Shown here: in pieces, positions 53,847-64,000 of the stretch
Numbering within the stretch: the first letter of the stretch is position 1
Layout of the letters: every line of letters starts with the position of its first letter
DNA from: the human T2T-CHM13v2.0 reference genome, Homo sapiens
Direction: 5' to 3' (one strand)
Assembly: GCF_009914755.1 (NCBI RefSeq)
Contig: NC_060935.1
Length of the DNA: 64,000 nt
Notes under the pieces: model-generated
Seen by the model: the letters and a program-made list of their open reading frames with translations, nothing else
Told to the model about the DNA's origin: nothing
Databases searched by the model: none
Program-made: the position numbers and the translations under genes

Positions 53847-56492
53847 TAGGCATACCTTCAGAGATATTGCAAGTTTGGTTCCAGATCATTTCAATAAAGC
53901 GAATGTCACAAAAAAAGTGAGTCACATGAATTTTTTTTGCTTTTTGTTTCTGAATGCATATAAAAGTTTTGTTTGTATTATATGGTAGTCTATCAAGTAT
54001 AATAGCATTATGTCTTAAAAACAATATATGTACCTTAATTTAAAATACTTTATTGCTGAAAAATGCAAATAATTATCGGGGCCTTCAGTGAGACATAATC
54101 TTTTTGCTAGTGGAGGTTCTTGCCTTGATGTTGATGGCTGCTGACTGATCTGGGTGATAGTTGCTGAAGGCTGAGGTGGCTGTGGGAATTTCTTAAAATA
54201 AGACAACAATGAAGTTTGCCACATTGATTGACTCTCCTTTCATGAAAGATTTCTTTGTAGCAAGTGATGCTATCTGATAGCATTTTAACCACAGAACTTC
54301 TTTCAAAGTTGGAGTCAATGCTCTCAAACCCTGCTGCTGCTTTATTAACTAAGTTTATGAAATATCCTAAATCCTTCATTGTTATTTCAACAGTGTTCAC
54401 AGCATCTTCATCAGCTGTAGATTCTATCTCAAGAAACCACTTTCTTTGCTCATCCATAAAATGCAATTCCTCACTGGTTCAAGTTGTATTGTGACACTGT
54501 AACAATTCAGTCACATTTTCAGGCTCCACTTCTGATTCTACTTCTAATTCTACTTCTCTTGCTGCTTCCATATCTACAGTTACTTCCTCCACTGAAGTCT
54601 TGAGCCCCTCAAAGTCATCCATGAGGGTTGGAATCAACTTCTTTCAAACTCCTATTAATGTTGATATTTTGATCTCCTCCCATGAATCAAAATGTTCTTA
54701 ATGGCATCTAGAATGGTGACTCCTTCCTAAAAGATTTTTTATTGGGCCAGGTGCGGTGGCTCATGCCTGTAATCCCAGCACTTGGGGAGGCCGAGGTGGG
54801 TGGATCACCTGAGGTCAGGAGTTTCAGACCAGCCTGGCCAACATGGCAAAACCCCATCTCTACTAAAAATACAAAAATTAGTTAGGCATAGTGGCACGTG
54901 CCTGTAATCCCAGCTACTCAGGAGGCTGAGGCAGGAGAATTGCTTGAAGCCGAGATCGCTTCACTGCACTCCAGCCTGGGTGACAGAGTGAGACTCTATC
55001 TCAAAAAAAGAAGAAAGATTTTCTACTTACTTTGCTCACATCCATTAAAGGATCACTATGTTTGGCAGCTACAGCTTTATGAAATGTATTTCTGAAATAC
55101 TGACTTGGAAGCTGAAATTACTCCTTGGTCCATGGGCTACAGAATGGATGTTGTGTTAGCAGGCATGAAAACATTAATCTCCATGAACATCTCCATCAGA
55201 GCTCTTGGGTAACCAGGTGCACTGTCAATGAGCACTGTCTTGAAAGGAATTTTTTTCTGAGCCGTAGTTCTCAACAGTGGGCTTAAAATATTCAGTAAAC
55301 TATGCTATAAACAAATGTGCTGTCATCCAGGCTTTGTCATTTCATTTATAGAGCAAAGGCAGAGTAGATTTAGCATAATTCTTAAGGGCCCTAAGGCTTC
55401 CAAAAAGGTAAATGAGCATTGGCTTCAACTTAAAGACACTAGCCACATTAGCCACTAACAGGAGAGTCAGACTGTCCTTCAAAGTGTTGAAGCCAGGCAT
55501 TAACTTCTCCTCTCTAGCTATCAAAGTCCTCAATGGCATCTTCTTCCAATATAAGGCTATTTCATTTACAGTGAAAATCTGTAGTTAGTGTAGTCACCTT
55601 CATCATGATCTTAGCTAGATCTTCTGGGTAACTTACTGCAGTTTTTTCATCAGCACTTGCACTTTTATGTTATAGAGACAGCTACTTTCCTTAAACCTCA
55701 TGAACCAACCTCTCCTAGCTTCAAACTTTTCTTCTGCAGTTTCTTCACCTCTCTCTGCCTTCCTAGAACTGGGAGAGTTGGAATCTTACTCTGGATTAGG
55801 CTTTGACTTAAGAGAATTTTGTGGTTGGTCTGATCTTCCATCTGGACCACTAAAACTTTCTCTTTATCAGCAATAAGGCTGTTTTGGTTTCCTACCATTC
55901 TTGTGTTCACATTGGCATAGCACTTTGAATTTCCTTCAGGAACTTGCCCTTTTCATTCACAACTTGGCTAACTGGTGTAAGAGGCCTAGCTTTCAACATG
56001 GCTTCTTCCCTAAATTTAATCAATTATAGCTTTTGATTGAAAGTGAGAGACAACTCTTCCTTTCACTTGAATATCGAGAGGCGATTGTAGGCTTATTAAT
56101 TGGCCTAATTTCAATATTGTTGTGTTTCAGGGAATAGAGAGGACTGAGGAGAGGGAGAGAGACAGGCAAATGGCTGGCTGGTAGAGCAGTTAGAACACAC
56201 AACTCTTATCAATTAGGTTCATTGTCATTTATGGGAGAGGTTTGTGGCACTCCAAAATAATTATAATAGTAACATCAAAAATCACTGACCACAGGTCACT
56301 GTAAGAGATATAACAATAATGAAAAAGGTTGAAATATTGCAAGAATTATCTAAATGTGACACACAGATATGAAGTGAGCATATATTGTTAGAAAAATGGC
56401 ACTGACAGACTTGCTGAATACTGGGTTGCCACAAACCTTCAATTTGCAAAAGATGCAGTATCTGCAAAGCACAAGAAAATGAGGTATGCCTG
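53847..56492 (-). mobile_element. Near full-length Tigger1 DNA transposon (decayed pogo-like transposase) with an AluS insert (54745-55012)
   Basis: TIRs taggcatacc / gaggtatgcctg flanked by TA; transposase remnants [17 protein letters not shown] and [20 protein letters not shown]. Confidence 0.93.
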
Positions 56493-56559
56493 TATGTTCT
56501 ATGCACTGGGTTAAATGTTGACAATCAAAAACTAATTATGCCATTTACTGAGGATTTAT

Positions 56560-57845
56560 ATGACAGGCATTATAGTAAATGTTTAGCATATATTTTCTCA
56601 TTTATTTTTTGTCTTCACAATAGTCTTAGGAATTGGATATTACTATAGCCCATTTTATAGCCAAAAAATTCTCACCCAGAGCTTTAAATAATAGCTAGTT
56701 AGCAGGGAACCAAGATTCAAACCCAAGAATCTCTGACTCCCAACCCTATGTTTAACCAGAACATCACGCTGCCACCAAGAAACTTATGGTCATGTTTCTT
56801 GACATTATTTGTGTCAGAATTACTTGGGGTGCTTATTTAGAATGCAAATTTTCAGGCTTGCTTTACTCAAGTTCTACTGAAGTTGCTATCTCTGGAGTGG
56901 AGCCTGTGTTTTAAACAAGTGATTCTGCTCTGATGATTCCTATTTATACTCATTTTGAAGTCTAATATACAGTTTATAAATTTATCTACATGCATTAAAT
57001 ATTTAATGAATGCCCATTATGTACAAGTCACACTATACTAGATACTGTGTTAGACACATCGTTGTATGATACATTTTGTGTCTGATTGCAAGCAAGAGAC
57101 TTGACAATAAGACACATACAAATACTTACATCACAGAACATTCTTGGAAATTATGAGATCCTGCTTTAACTGCTATAATTGCTGTCCTATAATTGCTCTT
57201 GTATTACTTATTCATGCACATATTATCTTTGTCACACAGAATGCAAATCCTTTGGAGGCTGCTATTCATCTTTTATTTACATTTGTCCTTTCAGCAAATA
57301 TTTATTAAGTACCCACTGAGTGCAAAACAAGTGGACACTAGAATTATACTGGTGAGCAAAAACAGGCTCAGTTCCTTCATGGAGCTTTTGATCTAGTGTG
57401 TGGGAAGCCATTTGTTAAATAATCAGACACATGCAAATAATGTGAATAATCAGAAATACAGCATGTACAAATCACTACTATGATACATGATACAAAGAAA
57501 TGGTACTCTTGGCTAAAATGAAAAGATTTGGTCTGGTCAGAGAAATCAGGAAAAGCTTCCCTAAAGAAGCAAATTTTGAATGAAAATCTGAAACATATAC
57601 AAACACTAATAGGTAAAATGGGAGGAAAAAGAAGAAGTATCCAAGAAAAGGGTACAGCACATGGAAAGGCATTTGTGACAGATGGAAACAACAAGAACAA
57701 AGCATTGATAACAGCCAGTATACCTGGACTGGAGAGAAGGAAAAGGAGCTGAAGAGTTCATCAGGAGTCAAACAGTCTAGGGCCTTATAGGTCATGTGAA
57801 GAATTTTGTCTTAGTCCTAGAAATAATGGCAAAGCAATAAAGGAA
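56560..57845 (-). mobile_element. MIR, MER5-like and L2 fragments
   Basis: cccattttatag...gattcaaacccaag (MIR); attcagcaaatatttattaagtaccc-type L2 3' motifs. Confidence 0.6.
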
Positions 57846-58320
57846 TGTACTGGTTATTCTCCATTTGCTTTGCCCCATCCCCAGACTCATTCTCCACTTT
57901 GAGCCCTGGGAGACTGACCCCGTGGACTGCATCATCTGGTCTCCTGGTCCAGCTTCTGTTTGGAGTTGGACAATGGGAAGCACATGCAGGAGACCAGTGA
58001 GAAGAAAGAAAAGAAAGTCAGAGTATTTCTTCTCCACTCCCACTCTACTTTAGGGTCTCAGTTCTAGTACTGTTTGCATACCTGAACAACTATGACTCCT
58101 GCCCACCAGGCCCTCTTCTAGGGGTCTAGACTCCAATAACACTATTTCAGTCCTCTTATCCCTTCAGGCCTGAGGATGATAATGGCTTCCTGCTATTGCT
58201 GGTCTCTGGGTGCACCAGCATTTCTTGGTTTTCTTAACCCTGCTCACACCTTTGAAGGTAGTTCCTCTTCATTAAAATCCTTTCCTCTGAGTTGAATTGT
58301 TTCCTGCTAGGGCCATAAGG
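57846..58320 (+). mobile_element. LTR33-like ERVL solo LTR
   Basis: ccccagactcattctccac, ctgaccccgtggactgcatca, ccctgctcacacctttg and attaaa motifs. Confidence 0.7.
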
Positions 58321-58986
58321 TATGTGGTATCAATCCCTAGGTCCTAGTTTAAAAAAATATATACAATGCAACACTCAAAAATATCTGACAATCAAATAAC
58401 CAGACTGACTTTTTCCCATCATAAAACAGTCCATGGAATTTTCTTTTGCCTCTTAGTTACACTTACTATTTTATTGTCAATAGTTGGTCTTCTTAATTAT
58501 TAAAAGATTCTTGGAGGACTATAATCATTACCATTCATACAAACAGATTTCTTGCCATCCAAAGGAATTAGTGTGAACAATGCCTTTATAGTGTAGACAT
58601 AAAAAGCGTGGACTCAGAGAGACCTGGATTTAGTTCTTTGCTTTGCCACTTAGTATTGGTATGCCCACAGATATATTTTATAAAACACTCTGAATCTGTT
58701 TCCTACGTAAAATGGGAACATTTATTCTTATCTTAAAGGATTTTTGTGAATATTAAATAAAATTATGTTAAGGAACTGGTAGAGAAAAAGTACTTAATAA
58801 GCAGTAACTATCGTTACTATTACACCTATTTAATCATGGATAAAAAAGAAGTGACAAGTTTTTAGAATTGACATATGTTCATGGTTTAAATAGAAAACCA
58901 ATATGGAAGAATATGAAGTACAAAATAAAAATTTCTCATTTCTTTCCTTCACCTCCTAATTCCACTATTAAAAGGATATGCAACTC

Positions 58987-59297
58987 ACGCCTGTAATCCC
59001 AGCACTTTGGGAGGCCGAGGCAGGCGGATCACAAGGTCAGGAGATGAGACCATCCTGGCTAACATGGTGAAACCCCGTCTCCACTAAAAATACAAAAAAT
59101 TAGCCAGGCGTGGTGGCCGGCGCCTGTAGTCCCAGCTACTCAGGGGCGGGCGGGACGGAGGGGTTCGGGGGGGTGGGAGGGGGGACTGAGGCAGGAGAAT
59201 GGTGTGAACCCAGGAGGCGGAGCTTGCAGTGAGCCGAAATTGCGCCACTGCACTCCAGCCTGGGCGACAGAGCAAGACTCCGTCTCAAAAAAAAAAA
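58987..59297 (+). mobile_element. AluY, slightly 5'-truncated, with a G-rich insert
   Basis: Y diagnostics; TSD aaaaggatatgcaact on both sides. Confidence 0.93.
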
Positions 59298-62200
59298 GGA
59301 TATGCAACTTTATAGATATTTTCCATACTATACTCTGCATTTGGAGAATGAAGATGAAATAACACATTTGGGAAGAAGAATCGGCACTCCTCCTGTTCTT
59401 TATGATTGAGATATTCAGAGAAGCATGTGTATCACAACAATACCATAGAATTCAGATACCACCCTAATATCAATTCAGTTCACAAAGAAGTACAATTTTG
59501 GAAATAGAGTGAACGAATTTTTATTTCTGTATCTCTGGCTGGGAAATCACTTGGACTAATTTAGCACAGAATAGTAAATAATTCTGATTCTTAATACCAA
59601 CAATTTAGGCAGCTGAAAGGAGAGGATATAAAGCCGAATAGCTTAAAAGTACTGGGACAATGGGAAAACACTGTCAAAAATGATTCTGATCATTTTACTC
59701 AGGACCCAAAGATTGGATTCAGGTATCTTATATCAACCTATAGAAATAAGTAATTTCCAATCACTTACTACAGATTTTTTTAATCGTCTACTGGTCTTTT
59801 TTACAACAGGTAGTTTCTCTGAATTCCTTAAACCTTTCTATGAAATAAAGCATGCATCCATGTACCAGCAAGTAATGAGAATGCTACTTAGGGAAAACTT
59901 GGTAACTATGTAAATTGTTAAATTTACTCTGTATGTTTTCTGAGTCAGACCACAGGAGGACACTCCTACAAACATCAGAACCCCCCATTTCCAGACCTTC
60001 TTGAAGTCCAAGGACACTGGCTAGCTCTGAAATTCAGTCACTTTTTCCCATTAGTATCCTCTCATTCCCTTTAGCCATGGAGAATTTTGAAAACTCCCCA
60101 TTCCAAGCCCACTGGCCACCCTTCTTTTCCTGAGTCCCAAATCTTCTGAAGGTGTTTGATGTCCCAGGCACCTTCAGAAAGCCTGTGTTGTACTGTAATA
60201 TTTTATGAACAAGGAAAGAAAAATCCTGAATATTGTATTTTATATCCCAATTGAAATGGTCTATGTCAAAGAAGAAACTACCTAAAATATATATACATAT
60301 ATATAATTATTCATATATATATATAAAATCCTTCATATGTATATATATATAAATTCTTCCCCACACATATCTTTAAGGAATACATTTGCCTTGAACATTT
60401 AGCAAATGAATAAATGAATAAAACAATTATTGTAAGATGACAAATGGTAGGAAATTTGAACTTACTACAGCATTTAAAATGTATCTTATATGTTTGTACT
60501 TTAATAAGTTACATAGTATATGCATAGCATGGTTTACTACATGATCGAATCACACTGATCAGTGTGATACACAAAATAAAAATATATAGTTTATAAATAT
60601 GAACTAACGTCTATGAGGGTATCTCCAATTATTCCATATACACCGATGCTAAATGATCAAATTACACTTGTAAACTGGTTCATGTAAGATTCTTAGAACA
60701 CCTGGTAATGAAAACATTTTATTATTTTTATGAATGTATAATGTCTTGCCATTGCCAGAAACATTCTTTTAAATTTTCGTTTAACTAAAAAATGGCTCTT
60801 GAATATTTGTTATGAAAAAGACTACTCAGGATGGAGACCTCTGTGCCAAGTTCTAGTCCCGAAATTTTTTTTAAATACAAAGACTTCTTTAAATTACAAA
60901 GACAGTTTTTGCTTTTCAGTTTGTCAAAGTATTTCATAATAATATAAACTAGAAATAGAAAGTAAAGGGGGAAGATACTGTCCGGAATGCTGTAAAACAA
61001 CAATATACCTGGCTTTTACCCCTCTCTCTCATCAAAAACAAACCAAACTATAAACATTTATTTGTGCTTTTGTGTTTGTTATTTCATCTTTTTTTACAAT
61101 GTGCTTAAACCTGATGGCTTATGTTTTAAAATTTTACCCATGGAACATCACTTGTGAGTCCCAACACAGAAGAATTTGTATTTCTCTTAATAGCACCACT
61201 GTGTAAATAGTGTTCAGCCACCTAAACTTTTCTATTTTTCTCTCACCCCCAGGTACTCAACAAATACTTGTAGAATGAATGAATAAAGCTCAGTGAAATG
61301 TCCTGTCTTACCAATAATACAACTTCCATCTAACCTTTCACTTTTTAACAGCTCTTTTGTCAAATCAACAAATCTAATCTGCTGCTAAAGTCACTGTCAA
61401 TCAAACTCCAAATTAGTTACATAAAGAACAATGCAATAACTTCCTTTTAGAGTTGAATGATAGACAAAAGTTTGTATCATTTAAGAAACACATATGCTTC
61501 CTTTTTATTAAATATTATGATTTTCATTTATTCTGGATTACCAGAAAGCCTAAAACCAGATATTGTAATCAATTCAGCTAAAATGATCTTCATTTCATTC
61601 CTTGAAAATAGTTTACTTTGTTTCAAGAATTACAATGAGTTTCCCTTCTGGAAATACATGGAACCTACTGTGTGCAAAGTATTGTAACAAATAAGACAAG
61701 TTCCCTATTCTCCCACTTACATTTCTACTGTTAATTACAATGCAAAAAATGCAAAAGACCAAATGGATAACAGAGTGACAACAAGCTAGGCAAACAATAG
61801 CAGGCTCTTATTAAAAAAAAAAGTATGTAACCATTTATTGAACACCTTTGTATCAGGGACTTTGGTAAACATTTTATATACACCACCACAATAATCCTGC
61901 AAAATAGGTATTGTTATGCTCACATTGATGTCAGAAAACAGGCTCTTAGCATAGGACTTAGCACATGCCAGGTATTCAACAAATACATGTGGAATGAATA
62001 AAGCTTAGTGAAGTTCCCTAATTACACAGGCAACAAGTTAAGAAGGTGTAGAACATTATATGTACCTATAGAATGTCCAAATTCAATTTTATAAAATAAT
62101 TAATCTAAACTGAATTCTACCCAGTTTATAGGTGGGCTTTATAAAACATAGTTCAGTAACCAGCCTTCTGGATACCTTCTGAATAAACTAGGTTACCTTC

Positions 62201-62361
62201 TGGATAAACTAGGTTACAAATTATAGGAAATGTTTTGAAAGGGAAAGAAAATTTAAATAATTTTCCAGTGAGAATATTCAAATACACTCTTGACAACTTT
62301 TTAAAACATTATTTAACAGGAAAAAATATATATTTGTCATGAAGCAAACTAAAAGAAACTA

Positions 62362-63860
<1,499 letters not shown>

Positions 63861-63913
<53 letters not shown>
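63861..63913. repeat. (AT)n microsatellite extending an Alu A-tail
   Basis: Directly visible. Confidence 0.97.
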
Positions 63914-63916
<3 letters not shown>

Positions 63917-64000
63917 TAAGACGGTATTTTCTAGTAATGGTCATGTTTAGCAAAGGGCAGTGGAAAAAAGGGCCCAGCAAACATGCAGGAAAATGAGAAG

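Noticed and set aside
54107-55910. Domesticated Tigger/pogo transposase gene
   Set aside because: Fragmented into short ORFs and interrupted by an Alu; neutral decay.
62164-62218. ~21-bp tandem duplication (ccttctg.ataaactaggtta)
   Set aside because: Two-copy slippage duplication with no spacers; not an array.

Overview
Primate (human-like) genomic DNA, mostly interspersed repeats. It holds the 5' end of an L1PA4-6, a full-length L1PB1, nested L1MA/L1PA13-16/THE1 elements, an MSTB (ERVL-MaLR) provirus carrying a full-length L1PA7, a full-length Tigger1, MER2, several solo LTRs, older L1M/L2/MIR debris and about 30 Alus. No intact protein-coding gene is supported; most ORFs in the track are L1, Alu or Tigger fragments or antisense artefacts. 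The most interesting non-repeat signal is a minus-strand chain of decayed exon-like segments (about 61600 down to 48330). Their hand-spliced, frameshift-corrected translation resembles, in the correct order, the DH, PH and SH3 domains of ephexin-type RhoGEFs, making it a candidate intron-containing (unitary) pseudogene. Other notable items: parallel insertions at the same position of both MSTB LTRs, a TSD-flanked retroposed segment placing an older L1ME inside a younger L1MC, a tailless U2 retrocopy, an open L1 ORF0 frame, a perfect 83-bp tandem duplication and a G-rich insert in an AluY. Repeat subfamily calls and protein similarities were made by eye from remembered consensus sequences; no searches were run and many boundaries are approximate.
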